DNA from: Octopus sinensis
Taxonomy: Eukaryota
Assembly (NCBI RefSeq): GCF_006345805.1
Contig: NC_042998.1
Span: forward strand, 86,180,001 to 86,244,000
DNA length: 64,000 bases
Reading direction: 5' to 3'
Below, piece after piece: positions 1-12,890 of this stretch; positions within the stretch are counted from its first letter, which is position 1, and each line of letters opens with the position of its first letter. A model generated the notes under the pieces. The model ran no database searches, was not told the DNA's origin, and saw only the letters and a program-made list of their open reading frames with translations. The position numbers were made by a program, and so were the translations under genes.

Positions 1-310
1 GACTTATTCTTTGTAAGCCCAGTACTTATTCTATCGGTCTCTTTTGCCAAACCGAAGTGACGGGGACGTAAACACACCAGCATCGGTTGTCAAGCAATGC
101 TAGGGGGACAAACACAGACACACAAACACATACACACATATATATACCTATATACGACAGGCTTTTTAGTTTCCGTCTACCAAATCCACTCACAAGGCAT
201 TGGTCGGCCCAGGGCTATAGCAGAAGACACTTGCCCAAGATGCCATGCAGTGGGACTGAACCGGAACCATGTGGTTGGTTAGCAAGCTACTTACCACACA
301 GCCACTCCTG
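1..310 (-). mobile_element. tRNA-derived SINE (octopus OR/OK-type; exact family not assigned), 3' end beyond window
   Basis: Minus strand starts GGAGTGGCTGTGTGGTAAG (A box) ... GGTTCAGTCCCA (B box), followed by CTTGGGCAAGTGTCTTC, an internal (CA/TA)n tract and the AGAATAAGTACTGGG body. Related pieces lie at 59060 and 59700. Confidence 0.8.
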
Positions 311-331
311 ACTATATGCATGCATATGATA

Positions 332-620
332 ATTCAACAGTTTTGCAATCATTTGGATGAACTCATTACAATTTTGCAATCATTCAACATGTAATCATGA
401 ACTCATTATGTACAATTTGCAATCATTCAACAGTTTTGCAATCATTTGTATGATTATCATTACAATTTTGCAATCATACAGTTTTGCAATATTGTGAACT
501 CATTATAAATTACAATTTTGCAATATTCAACAGTTTTGCAACATTTGTATGAACTCATTATAAATTACAATTTTGCAATCATTCAACAGTTTTGTAATAT
601 TTGTATGAACTCATATAAAT
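332..620 (+). repeat. Imperfect minisatellite built from TTACAATTTTGCAATCATTCAACAGTTTTGCAATCATTTGTATGAACTCA-like units
   Basis: About 5-6 degenerate copies of a roughly 50-60 nt unit. Confidence 0.8.
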
Positions 621-694
621 ACATTATCGGAACTATTTATCACTGCTGTTAATAATATAAATAAGTCTAATGTGAATAACAAAATATATTTTCA

Positions 695-942
695 CAAGCA
701 AAATAGCCAGTTGGCAAATCTCTGTAAGAGATGAAAGTAGTGACTATACTGAGAAGTAATGTTTATTGCCACTTCAAGATGGCTGTTCTACACAAAGGGG
801 GCTTCCTCTTGGGGGTTAAAAATGGTGGTAACACCAGTTCATTTGGAACAGCCATGTTGCAGTGGCAACAAACATTACTTCTCAGTATAGTTACTCATTT
901 CATCTCTTGCAAAGATTTTCTAACTAGTTACTTTGCTTGTTG
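695..942. repeat. Foldback (inverted repeat) element with about 95-bp arms; partial second copy at about 1150-1250
   Basis: AGTGACTATACTGAGAAGTAATGTTT...GATGGCTGTTC (left) is the reverse complement of GAACAGCCATG...AAACATTACTTCTCAGTATAGTTACT (right), with a spacer of about 55 nt. Confidence 0.65.
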
Positions 943-1702
943 CAAGATCAGTGACTGATTGTCACTTATTTTTCTATATGTTGCAAACTGGGGTGAATTA
1001 CTGCTGTCACTAGCAGACATGTATCCAGCACTGAGGATAGGCAAAAGTAGCCCAAAACCAGACAGTCTGCTGGTCCTGTCAAGTCACATAAAGATGGTAG
1101 AGGTTCACACCTTGCTTGCAAAATATATTAGGTGCAGATTACTAGAGGAGACTTCCTCTTGGGGGTTAAAGAATGGTAGTAATGTCAGTTCATACAGAAC
1201 AGCTATATTGAAGTGGTGACAAACATTACTTCTCAATATATATTAGTTCTATCTTGGGAGAGTCAATCTGCTGATAAGAACAAACATATTCAGGTTCAAT
1301 TCCACTTCTTTATACTTAGTCAATTATTTAAATATCTATCTATCAAACTAATGATCATTTGTTTAATGTATTGGTTAAACCAGTAGTTTCCAAAATGGGC
1401 AATACCACTCCTCTCGGTGGGGTGGAAAGATCCAAGGTGGCACTGGAAAGAAAGGGGCAATGGAGGGCAATGCCCCCCTCTACTTTTCAATGTTACATTT
1501 AAGTTTAAGAAATAGTGCTCAAATATCAATCTGGAAAATGTTTTAGTAAAACTAACTTCAAAAAGCAAGAACAGAACAAAAATTTTTTTAAAAATCCAAA
1601 AGTTTACTAACAAAGCTGGTTATAAGATTTTAAAGAAAGTTTTCAGGAAGATGTAAACAAAGGACATTGAACAAAAGCAACAGCAACAGTGAGAAGAACA
1701 GA

Positions 1703-2330
1703 TCATCATCATCGTTTAAAGTCCATTTTCCATGCTGGCATAGGTTGGATGGTTTGACTGAGGTCCAGAGAGCCAGCACCAGGCTCCAATCTGATCTGGC
1801 AATGTTTCTATAGCTGGATGCGCTTCCTAATACCAACCACTCTGAGAGTGCTTTTACATGCCACCAACACAGGAGCTAGTCAGGCAGGCCAGGCATTGAT
1901 CATGTTTGGATAGTGCTTTTTATGTACCACCAGCATGGGGCCAGTCATGGGGTACTGGCATTGGCCACGTTGGATGGTGCTTTTCAGGTGCCACCAACAT
2001 GGGGGCTAGTCAGGCAGTCCTGGCATTGATCACATTAGGATAGTGCTTTTACATGCCACCGCCAAAGGAGCAAGTCAGGGGTACTGGCACCAGCCATATT
2101 TGGATGGTACTTTTACGTGTGACTGGCAAGGGAGCCAGTCAGAGGGGTCTGGCATCAGCCACATTCTGATGGTGCTTTTACGTGCCACCGGCACAGGGAC
2201 CAGTCAGGTGTTGCTGGCTTTGATTATTTGGATCCAAGTTTGGATGGTGGTTTTTATTTGCCTCTGGCACCAGAACCAGTCAGAGGACACTGGCCACAAC
2301 TACAATTTTGGTTTTACTTGACTCAACAGA
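1703..2330 (-). mobile_element. RTE LINE 3' UTR and tail
   Basis: (CAT)n tail, the reverse complement of GGTTGGYRTTAGGAAGGGCATCCAGCT, and tandem GGTGCTTTTACGTG units. Confidence 0.8.
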
Positions 2331-2499
2331 CAATTCACAAGTCCCGTCTGGGAGATGGTTCTCCTTGTTATGTAAGAAGGGTGTTGGGATAAATTCCATG
2401 TGTTGTACCCAGTGCAAGCTTTGAACATATAAGAAGTAAGTGAAGTGGCATCACAGGAAGGTTAATGGAGAATAGAGTCTTTGTGTGAGGCAAATGTGC

Positions 2500-3790
2500 A
2501 GGTACAATAAGCGCTAATAATCTACAGGCAACAGATTCCCTCAAACACTCGGGGGACTCATTACAAGTAGTAGATAACTTCTTTTACCTAAGAGACCAAT
2601 TTAGCCGTGGTGGAGAAAATTCTGAAAGTGTAGTTGCTACAATAAGAATAGGCTGGGCAAAGTTCAGAGAGCTTCTATCTTTGTTGATAACTAAGGGCCT
2701 CTCTCTCAGAGTGAAAAGCGGATTGTATGATGCCTGTGTATGTACAGCTATGTTACATGGCAGTGAACGTACTTTGACTACAGAGGACTTCCGAAAGCTT
2801 GAAAGAAAGGAAGCTAGCATTCCCACTGGAAGAGTCATGTCAGTGTGCATACACAACAGAGTGTATATGATTCAAGAGGGAAACTAGATATAAGAAGCAT
2901 TGGATGCTGTGTGCAAGAGAGAAGACTGCACTGGTTTGGTCAAGTGATGTGTATGGATGAGGACAAGTGTGTAAAGAAGTGCTAAGCTCTAATTGTGAAG
3001 GGTACCTGCAGGAGGGGTAGATCCAAGAAGACGTGGGACAAAGTGGTGAGAAAAGATCTTTGGAAGATGGGCCTCACTGAGGCAATGACAAAGGAGATGT
3101 AGCAATTTGCTATTCTTGATAAGACATGTCAAGTTAAGTAAAATGCTGTCTTCCACACATAGAAGCTTCAGACACCACCAGGGTAATAGTAGGGACCACA
3201 TAAAAAAGCACCTGTGCTGTGTAAATGCTCTTATGCTGGTAACATGTAAAATGCGCATCCAGCACACTCTGTTAAGTGGTTGGCATAAGGAAAGGCGAGC
3301 CATAGAAACCATGCCGCAACAGACAATTGGAGTCTGGACAGCTCCCAGCTGGCCAGCTACATGCCAAACTGTCGAACCCATGCCAGCATAGAAAATGGAT
3401 GCAAAATGATGATGATGATGATATAATATACATATATATATATATGATCGTTACCTGCATCGCCTTACTGGCACTTGTGCTGGAGGCACATGAAAAAACA
3501 TTCAAGCAAGGTTGTTGCCAGTGCCACTGGACTGGCTCCTGTTCAGGTGGCACATAAAAAGCACCATGAATATGGCCATGCCAGTACTGCCTGACTGGCC
3601 TCATGCCGGTTGCACGTAAAAGCACCCATTATACACTTGGAGTGGTTGGCATTAGGAAGGGCATCCAGCTGTAGAATCTCTGCCAGATCAGATTGCATCC
3701 TGGTGCAGCCATCTGGTTCGCCAGACCTCAGTCAAATCGTCCAACCTATGCTAGCATGGAATGCAGACGTTAAACGATGATGATGATGAT
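2500..3790 (+). mobile_element. Decayed RTE ORF2 3' fragment plus two RTE tails
   Basis: Translates as KGLSLRVKSGLYDACVCTAMLHGSE (ORF 2681..2887). (GAT)n tails at about 3410 and 3780. Confidence 0.8.
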
Positions 3791-4619
3791 GATATATATA
3801 TATATATATATATTATTTAATGAAATGGATAAATGAATTATCTTGTTACGGATTATTCAAATTATAACCGATACCTGGGTAGCAAAAATCACAACTGAAA
3901 AATCACGGTTGAGGTTACGACCATGGGGTATCGCAACCGTGCCTTAGTGCGGGATAATTGAAGTTTTATATTTAGTGAGGGAAGAAATGGAGCTGAACGA
4001 AGTTTTGCAGGCTAACTCTGAGCCAATCAAAATTTTGGGAGTGGATTCAGTGGACAGAAACTGAAAGAAGCTAGTCATGTGCCTGTGCCTGTGTGTACAT
4101 GCACATACATGCAGGGGTGTGTGTGTCTCAGTTTATTTACATCTGCACTTGCTTAATCGAAAGTCACAACATCCAAGCTGTTTTTGTTGGCATTTCTCTG
4201 CTAGCTTCATGTCTTCAAAGCCATGTGACATATGAGATTCCTTGAAAAACATGTAAGGATTAGTATCAGGTAAAACATCCAGCTAAAAATTAATGCTTCA
4301 ATAACTTGTTCACCTTACCCATGGCAGCATGGAAAAATAAATAAGAATTAATAAACACACAACGAAATGCATATCATTATCATAATGACTAGCAGGAAAC
4401 TGCTCACTGGGTGGATTTTCTGCTGGTACATTTAGAGTTGTTTTCAAGTAACTTAAGGTTTTTAAATCTTAAAGGAGAGAATATGAGACCAGAAAAACTA
4501 GACTTATTTTTTCTCAGTTGAGTTCCCTTCAATTTCAATGAAGTTACGACCATATATTCTCCCATTACTTTCTGATCATACATTTGAAATTGAATATAAG
4601 GAATTCAGCTTCTTTTTAT

Positions 4620-5086
4620 GTGTTAACCGGGTTGTCTACAAGGGAGTCATACCCATCAATTGTAACAGCATTATAGTCAACTGCTACAAATGCAAAGGTG
4701 ACACCTTGGACAGGAATAATTACAAAGGCATTAAACTACTGGCCCAGGTGATTGAAGTCACAGAAGGGGTAATAGATCAATTGATTAGGGATTGAGTCAG
4801 TGTAGATGAGATATAGTTCAGATTTGTGCTAGGCAGGGGTATGACTGATGCTATATTCCTGGTTAGGCAACTGCAGAAATATCTAGCCAAAAATAAACAT
4901 CTGTACCTTTGACAGAGTCTCCTGCTTCCTTATCTAAGGGTAGATTAGTGGTTTATGAGAGCTGTACAAGCTATGTACAGGAATGCTGCCAGTAAGATGA
5001 AGTTTGGCAACAAGTATAGCAATGAATTCAGAGTACAAGTAGGGGTTCACCAAGGATCAGTCCTCAGCCCCCTCTTGTTCATCATA
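4620..5086 (+). mobile_element. Decayed RTE reverse-transcriptase fragment, interrupted by mariner
   Basis: SIIVNCYKCKGDTLDRNNYKGIKLL and GVHQGSVLSPLLFII motifs. The sequence resumes at 6358 after the mariner. Confidence 0.8.
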
Positions 5087-6355
5087 CGAGGGGCGTTCAA
5101 TAAGTAATGCTCCCCACCCACTTGCAGTTGTTTGATCTAGCTGAAATTTTGCATGTGCTCTTATTTATACTGCTATAGATTAAGTGGCGAATTACAGCTC
5201 TGAACTTATTGTGGTTTCTGATTTACAGGTGTTTGAACTGAGTCAAGTGTGAAATGGAGCCTGTTGAGTGTCGAGCAGTGATCTGGTTTTTGTATTTGAA
5301 AGGATGCACACCATGGGAGACTTTTGATGAAATGAAAGTAACTTATGGTGATGATGCCTCATCATATGAACTTGTAAAACGCTGGCATTGTGAATTCAAA
5401 CATAGTCGGAACTCTGTGGAAACAGCTCCCAGATCTGGTCGCCCCCTTCTGCCGTTGATGAGACGTCTGTCCGTCAAGTTGAGGCTGCCATTTTGGAAGG
5501 TCAACACATAACTATTCGCCAAATAGCCCATAAGGTCAAGATTAGTACTGGGTCTGTGGAAACTATCATTCATGACCATTTGCATATGCAAAAGGTGTCT
5601 GCCAGATGGATTTCCAGGTTGCTCACACCTTTCCAGAAGCAAGAACGCATTGAGTGCTCGAGGATGAATTTGGAGATGTGCCAAGAAGATGAGTCAAAAT
5701 TTTCAAAAGACTGATCACACAGGATAAAACCTGGGTCCATCACTATGATCCATAGACCAAAGCCCAGTCAATGCAGTGAAAGCACCGTGACTCACCTCCT
5801 CCAAAGAAGGCAAGGGTGCAGCCCTCCGCTGGCAAGGTTATGCTCACAGTCTTCTGGGACCAGGACGGAGTAGTGATGACAGATTTCCTGGCAAAGGGTA
5901 CCACAATTACAGGAGCCTATTATTCTTCACTTTTGAGGAAATTAAGAGAAGCTATCAAAATCAAGAGGCAGGGCAAGATCAGCAAAGGCATCCTCCTCCT
6001 GCAGGACAACGCTCCGGTCCACAACTCGCATGTCGCCAGATCAGAAGCACAGGCATGCAGCTATGAACTCCTCCCCTTGCACCCTCTGATTTTCACCTCT
6101 TCCCAGCCATGAAGTTGATTTTGAAAGGAAAGCATTTCCCAGATGATGCAGACTTGATTTCTGAAGTCACGTCGTGGTTGGAGGACCAAGCTGGGGTCTT
6201 CTACAAAAACGGTCTCCAGAGCTGTATCAAACGATGGGAGAAATGCATAACTCTGGGTAGTTCCTATGTAGGAAAAGACTAATAACTGTGCCAAGTGTCG
6301 TTGCTCTACTGCTATGGGAAGTGGGTCAGGGGCATTACTTATTGAACGCCCCTCG
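5087..6355 (+). mobile_element. Near full-length mariner (Tc1/mariner) DNA transposon
   Basis: TIRs CGAGGGGCGTTCAATAAGTAATGC / GCATTACTTATTGAACGCCCCTCG, TA target duplication (5085-86, 6356-57), length 1269 bp. Confidence 0.95.
5254..6290 (+). pseudogene. Frameshifted mariner transposase
   Basis: Split over ORFs 5254, 5493 and 5816, with HTH, WISRLLT (WVPxxL motif), SAGKVMLTVFWD and LLQDNAPVH. The YSPDL region is deleted. Confidence 0.9.
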
Positions 6356-6357
6356 TA

Positions 6358-7020
6358 GACCTCCAAGTATTAACAAAAATTTAAGATGTGTATGGACGAG
6401 GACAGTTGTGTAAAGAAGTGCTGACCTCTAACTGTGGGGAGAAACTGTGGAAGAGGTAGGCCCAGGAAGACATGGAACGAGGTGGTGAAGCATGATTTTC
6501 AAACACTGGGCTTCATGGAAGCAATGGCTAATCACCAAGACATTTGGTGATATGCTGTGCTTGAGAAAACCCATCAGGCCAAGTGAAATCATGTGTTTGA
6601 TGCTGATGTCACGTAACTGGCACCTGTGCATGTGATAAGTAAAAAGCACCTTTTGAGTGTTGGGCCTCATGGAGGCAATGACAAATGAGCAAGACTTTTG
6701 GCAATATGCTTGAGATGAACCATCAAGCCTTGTGGAATCTTAGTCATGACCGATATGGTGTCATGCAACTGGCACCCATGCTGGTGGCACATAAAAGCAC
6801 CCATTACACTCTCAGAGTGGTTGGCTTTAGGAAGGGCATCCAGTCACAGAAACCACGCCAAATCCGACTTGAGTCTAGTGCAGTACCGCAGCTTACCAAC
6901 ACTGGTCAAACCATCATATGAATGCCAGCATGGTCAACAGATGTTAATGATGATGATGATGATGAGAAGGAGGAGGAGGAAGGTGGTGGTGGTGGTGACA
7001 ATGATTATAATGATGATGAC
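6358..7020 (+). mobile_element. RTE 3' end with tail
   Basis: GRGRPRKTW motif, AAAAGCACCCATTACACTCTC...GGAAGGGCATCCAG, and a (GAT)n tail. Confidence 0.75.
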
Positions 7021-7067
7021 AACAGGCCACTCTTAAAAAGTTAAGTATTAGAAGTATATATTCTTAC

Positions 7068-7100
7068 CGTAAACTCAGGAGTAAACCCAACATATCCATT
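7068..7100 (-). CDS. Host cadherin-like gene, coding exon 4 (33-nt microexon, phase 0-0)
   Basis: GTATTATTTTGCAG|AATGGATATGTTGGGTTTACTCCTGAGTTTACG|GTAAGA encodes NGYVGFTPEFT. Both splice sites are strong and the phase matches exon 3. Confidence 0.7.
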
Positions 7101-7644
7101 CTGCAAAATAATACAAAGAATTATGTTCCTATTCAAGAAATTAATGTTTTATTATAAATACATAAATAATAGTACATATATCTGATACAGGCAAAATATT
7201 AGCAAAACCTTAATTCAGCAATACTCTTCTCCCAATTATCAAGTTATATTCTCTCTATGTCATTGTTAATAATATCACACTGTCTCTGATTCTCACCAAG
7301 TTGGCTAAAAGTACCTCATCCAACTTAACTTACCCTATACTTCAAACAAAACAGTTTTTGAAATCCTTCCTCCCCAGATATGCTTCCTTTAAGCACCCCT
7401 TCTTTGCCTGTTTTTATCTTCTCAGCCTCACATTTTCAAATATTCCAACAAAACATTAACTTTATTCATCTTCCTACCATACTTTTTGCAATTGTCAAAC
7501 ATTACTTTAGTAAGGGTAAAACAAATGAAAACTCCTCTGTAAATATAATCAAAATTCTCAATAAAAGCCACAAAGAAATAATGCATATACCAGTATCATA
7601 CATAATTCTTCCTACTGTAGACACAAGCCCTGAAATTTTAGGGG

Positions 7645-7810
7645 AAAGGTGGCTAACCGATTACATCAACCCCAATGCTCAACTGGTAATTATCTTATCA
7701 ATGATAAAAGGACGAAAGACAAAGTCAACTTCAGCTGAATTTGAATCTGGAGGCTGGAAGAAAGGCTGCCAAACATTTTGTTAGGTCTAGTAATGATTCT
7801 GCCAGTTCAC
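7645..7810 (-). mobile_element. tRNA-derived SINE (second family); related copy at 22150-22340
   Basis: TTACATCAACCCCA...AACTGGTA...AAAGTCAAC...GAATTTGAA body followed by a reversed tRNA-like head. Confidence 0.65.
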
Positions 7811-8029
7811 TACATTAACTAGTATCATACATAATGATACTCAAAGTAGGTATTACATAATGCTTATCTCAAAAAAAGGGAAAAATAAATAGAAGGCAGT
7901 GAATCTAATAATTCATTTAAAACAATAAACTGCTGAACTAAACAACTGTTTAGTGAAAGTATGATGGTAAAAACCATGGCTGTATAGCTATAAATGCAAC
8001 TTACACACTGCCTAGATACTGAATATATC

Positions 8030-8370
8030 ATCATCATCATTTAACGTCTGCTTTCCATGCTAGCATGTGTTGGACAATTTGACTGAGGACTGGCGAACCA
8101 GATGGCTGCACCAGGCTCCAATCTGATCTGGCAGAGTTTCTACAGCTGGATGCCCTTCCTAACGCCAATCACTCTAGGAGTGTAGTGGGTGCTTTTACGT
8201 GCCACTGGCATGAGGGCCAGTCAGGCAGTACTGGCAACGGCCACGCTCAAATGGTGTTTTTTATGTGCCACCTGCACAGGCGCCAGTCCAGTGGCACAGG
8301 CAACGACCTCGCTCGAATGTTTTTTCATATGCCACCAGCACGGAAGCCAGTCAGCTGTCTGGCAATGATA
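8030..8370 (-). mobile_element. RTE 3' UTR and tail
   Basis: (CAT)n TTTAACGTCTGCTTTCCATGCTAGCATG ... GGATGCCCTTCCTAACGCCAA. Confidence 0.85.
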
Positions 8371-9513
8371 TATAACGCTTTATTCACCAACACCCTGCAA
8401 CTACAGAACTACAGTTTAATTACATCTACTTTGTGTTTCTTATCATTTTTACAGTCTGTCATGCTTCTTTCTCTTGATCAACTATTTTCCATTTCTTTCT
8501 AACCAATCAAATCATATTCACTGCCTTTTCCCTTTTTAATAATTTAAGCTAACTCTGAGCTATTGATGCTTCATCTGATACACTATACCAATATACTTTT
8601 GCATTTTCACACCACTTTTCTTTAATACAACACTTTATTTGTTAAGATTCATTTTATTGATCCTTGAGGAAATATTGGTTCATTTTCAAATCCACTTCTA
8701 GTTTACTTTATTTTACACTATATCTCTGGAAATACTGTAAACCTAATACTTCCTACAATAGTGATCCACCTCAAGAGACATGATCTCTACAATAAAGCAG
8801 ACCACCTAGATGCTTCATTACTCAAAAATGAAAAAGAACCTTCCTCTGAAAGATGATGTTCGAAGTCCTTCAAAACAACCTCTCTATCACTGGTATCATG
8901 ATAAACACACAGTCTACTTTTGAAATAGTAAACATAACATGCTGCTCGATTTTAAACCAGTTTCTGGATATTTAGATGCTTTTAGCAAGGTCCAGGCTGT
9001 TGCTGCAATTATTCAAACTGTAACTCAATTCAAGGGAAAGCTGAAATCTTCACACTTGATTTTCACTTGTGACTTCATACAATCTGCAAGATATTCCACT
9101 TTCGAAATTGCACCTGAGATTTCTCATTTGTTATCAAGAAAATCTATACTAATGTCCAAGAATTCTCATATCTGACACTTTTCAGTCGACATGACTAAAT
9201 TTTGTACAAAATTCTCTTTCCTCCCCATCTCATTTATAGTCACCAAGTGCAAAACCTTCTGTGTTTACTTTAGTCTACCACCACTCTCAGACAGTGTGCT
9301 CTCAAATGGGCCTATATTCTCAATTAACCAATGAACTTTTTATCATTTTATGTCTCATCCCATTTTCAACTGAGTGACTACAAGTTTTATAAATAAAGAT
9401 AAATGAAAATGCCCTTATCAACAATGCTGTTTTGTTTTTTATTCATTTTATTTCATTTTCATTATTTATTAATGTCAGCATGTGGAAATTATTTCAAGAA
9501 GTTTTGTACATAC

Positions 9514-9686
9514 CGGAACTTTTTCTCTGTCAATTTCTTTTATGGTAACCAAATCAAACTTGTTACATGTTGCAGTATTAGTACAAGAAGGATTATCTAC
9601 TACTTTTAAATAGTTCAGTATATCTCCCACTAAAATTAATTTAGGGAAATTGTTTCCAGTCACTTTAACAGTTACAACAACAGTGC
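9514..9686 (-). CDS. Host cadherin-like gene, coding exon 3 (173 nt, phase 1-0)
   Basis: TTTTCTTTTTCAG|GCACTGTT...AAAGTTCCG|GTATGT. Open frame (G)TVVVTVKVTGNNFPKLILVGDILNYLKVVDNPSCTNTATCNKFDLVTIKEIDREKVP contains the cadherin DRE motif and overlaps ORF 9475..9663. Confidence 0.85.
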
Positions 9687-10129
9687 CTGAAAAAGAAAAT
9701 TTACTATGAGTAAAAATGATAGCATTAAATTCATGGTATTCTCAGCATTTTGTTTTTCTTTCATTTTTACTGTTTTATAATCAACTTTTGCATACTAGAA
9801 AAGATAAGATGGCATTTATTGAAAACATTTCTTTTTGTAACTGGATGCCCTTACTAGAATGATTTTACCAGTCAAGCAAACTGGAACAAGACACATTTTG
9901 TGCCTTGCTTAACCCTTTACCTGTCAAAAGCATTTGCATAAGTTTGTCCTAAATGTCTACGATTGTTTTCAGACTTTTAGTTATTCTTTGCTTCATATAC
10001 TCTGAGTAATATAAAACACTCTTTTCCAAAGTCCCAAGCTACTCTAGTGAATGAAAAAATTGGGGATATGTATAAAATATGAAATATGGGCTATAGGAAA
10101 ATATGTCCTGTGTTTGTCATGTGATACAT

Positions 10130-12890
10130 AGGACAGGCAACCTGCAACATAGACTAGTAGTTAGTGACTTCAGGATCAGGGCTAAATGGATGCCCAGAAG
10201 ACGACCAGCAAGGAGAAGAAGGGTCTGAAGACATAAAGATCCTGCAAATGGAAAGAGATTTAGAGACATATTACTCAAACCCTTTGACGAAATAGAAGGG
10301 GATATAGCTTCACATGGTATAGAAGACTACTGGAGGTTCCTATGGAACAACCTGCTAAGGGTCACCGACCAGATCTGTGGATGGTGCAAAGTCCCCTCCC
10401 GACCCAAAATAACTTGGTGGTGGAACAATGTTGTTGATAAGGCTATTAGACAAAAGAAACAGGCTTGGAAGGACTGGAAGAACGGTGGTAGCAGAGAATT
10501 GTATCAGACTACCCAAAGGGGAGCTAGATGATGGTTCACTTGCGCTGAATGAGGATGCAAAGAGAGAGGTTTGGAGACACCACTATGAAAGGTTGCTGAA
10601 TAAAGAAAATGAATGGGAGAATGAGAGTCTGCCAAATGTCGACCCAACAGAGGAACCAGCTATCTGAGTTGGCAGTTCCTAAGGCAATTAGAAGCATGAA
10701 GACAGGAAAGGCCCCAGGCCCATCAGGAATTACTGCAGAGATGCTCAAAATATCTGGCAGTGTCGGCTATAGCCTAGTCACCTGTATAGTTAACCAGGTG
10801 ATACACGAAGGAATCATACCCAATGACGGGTGTAGCAGCATAATAGTCAACTGCTACAAAGGTAAAGGTGACGCTTTAGATACAAATAATTACAGAGGTA
10901 TCAAGCTGTTGGATCAGGTAATGAAGGTTGCGGAGAGGGTTATAGCCCAACTGATTAGGGCGAGAGCCAGCTTGGATGAGATATAGTTTGGTTTTGTGCC
11001 AGGGAAAAGCACCACTGATGCTATATTTGTGGTAATGCAGCTGCAGGAGAAATACCTGGCCAAAGATAAGCCCCTGTACCTGGCTTTCGTTGACATGGAG
11101 AAAGCCTTTGACAGGGTCCCCCGATCGCTTATCTGGTGGTCAATGAGGAAACTAGGGATAGATGAATGGTTAGTGAGAGCTGTGCAAGCCATGTACAGGG
11201 ACGCTGTAAGTAAGGTGAGGGTTGGCAACGAGTACACTGAAGACTTCAGGGTAGAGGTAGGAGTCCACCAAGGCTCAGTCCTCCGCCCCCTCCTATTCAT
11301 CATAGTCCTCCAGACAATAATGGAGGAATTCAAGACAGGATGCCCCTGGGAGCTCCTCTATGCTGATGACCTTGCTCTAATTGCTGAGTCACTATCAGAA
11401 CTAGAGGCAAAGTTTCAAGTGTGGAAACAAGGATTAGAATTGAAGGGCCTTAGAATCAACCTAGCTAAAACCAAAGTCCTAATATATAGGAAGGCAGGCA
11501 AACCACAAATCCCTTCAGGTAGATGGCCCTGTTCAATCTGTAGTAGAGGCGTAGGTAGAAACTCTATAAGATGCACCCAGTGTAAGCTATGGACACATAA
11601 GAGGTGCAGTAATATCAAAGGAAGGCTAACAGGGAAGATAGTTTTTGTATGTGGCAGATACTCAGGAGCAATAAACACTGGAAATGCGCAGAGACCAACT
11701 TCTGCCACATTCCAGGGAGAAAAACTAGAAGTATTGGATAGCTTTCATTACCTAGGGGACCAAGTCAGTAGTGGAGGTGGGTGTGCTGAAAGTGTAGCTG
11801 CTAGAATAAGAATAGCTTGGGCAAAGTTCAGAGAGCTCTTACCTCTGCTGGCGACAAAGGGCTTCTCGCTCAGAGTAAAAGGTAGACTGTATGATGCTTG
11901 TGTACGAACAGCCATGCTACATGGCAGTGAAACATGGGCTGTGACTGCTGACGACATGTGTAAGCTTGCAAGGAATGAAGCCAGTATGATCCGATGGATG
12001 TGTAATGTCAGTGTGCATACTCGACAGAGAGAAATGTTGGACCTAAGAATCATCAGATGTGGTGTGCAAGAGAGTCGACTGCGCTGGTATGGTCATGTGG
12101 CAAGAATGGATGAGGACAGCTGTGTGAAATAGTGCCACACCCTAGCGGTTGAGGGAACCTGTGGAAGAGGTAGACCCAGGAAGGCCTGGGATGAAGTGGT
12201 GAAGCACAACCTTCGAACTTTAGGCCTCACCAAGGAAATGACTAGTGACCGAGACCTTTGGAAATATGCCAAATGAAACCATAATCTCATGGCCTATGCC
12301 AGGGGCATAACCAGCCCACTTATGCGTACCTTTTCCTTCTTTGGACACTAAATCTCTGCTTGCGAAGACCTGTTGAGGCAAGTGAAATCAATCAAAAGCA
12401 AAATCAAAATCAAAATCAAACTCGATGACTGGTGTCCGTGATAGCAGGGTGCATAGAGCACCATACGAGCGTGATCATTGACAGAGCGGCTAACTGGCTT
12501 CCGTGCCAGTGGCACTTAAAGGGCACCATTCGAGCATGATCATTGACAGAGCAGCCGACTGCTTCCATGCCAGTGGCACGTAGAAGGGCACCATTCGAGT
12601 GTGTTCGTTACCAACATCGCCTTACTGGCACCTGTGCTGGTGACATGTGTAAAAGGATTCGAGCGCGGTCATTGCCAGTACCACATGAGTGGCCCCCGTG
12701 CCGGTGGCCCGTAAAAAGCACCCACTACACTCTCGGAGTGGTTGGCGTTAGGAAGGGCATCCAGCTGTAGAAACTCTGCCAAATCAAGATTGGAGCCTGG
12801 TGCAGCCATCTGGTTCGCCAGCCCTCAGTCAAAATCGTCCAACCCATGCTAGCATGGAAAGCGGACGTTAAACGATGATGATGATGATGA
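10130..12890 (+). mobile_element. 5'-truncated RTE LINE (2.8 kb)
   Basis: End of the endonuclease region, RT ORFs 10609..10986 and 10996..12132 (QGSVL, LLYADDL), 3' UTR tandem units and a (GAT)n tail at 12874-12890. Confidence 0.95.
10996..12132 (+). pseudogene. RTE ORF2 reverse transcriptase fragment (378 aa)
   Basis: YLAFVDMEKAFDRV, GVHQGSVL, YADDL. Flanked by premature stops. Confidence 0.9.

Noticed and set aside
3904-4555. GTTACGACCAT (3914 and about 4543) resembling the 5S rRNA start, and an 8-bp hairpin at 3904-3941
   Set aside because: The match is only about 11 nt and the following sequence is unlike 5S rRNA.
1-7067. Next host exon (expected phase 0, DxNDN-like motif)
   Set aside because: I found no convincing acceptor-ORF-donor in the non-TE parts; it probably lies outside the window.
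7200-9400. Possible additional host exons or ORFs (7380..7784, 8939..9175)
   Set aside because: No consistent frame or splice sites apart from the called exons. It looks like very old LINE-like sequence that I cannot classify.
9475-9686. Clustered protocadherin, or a stand-alone 62-aa ORF
   Set aside because: The ORF is exon 3 reading into the intron, and the multi-intron first repeat does not fit the large-exon protocadherin layout. No gene symbol assigned.
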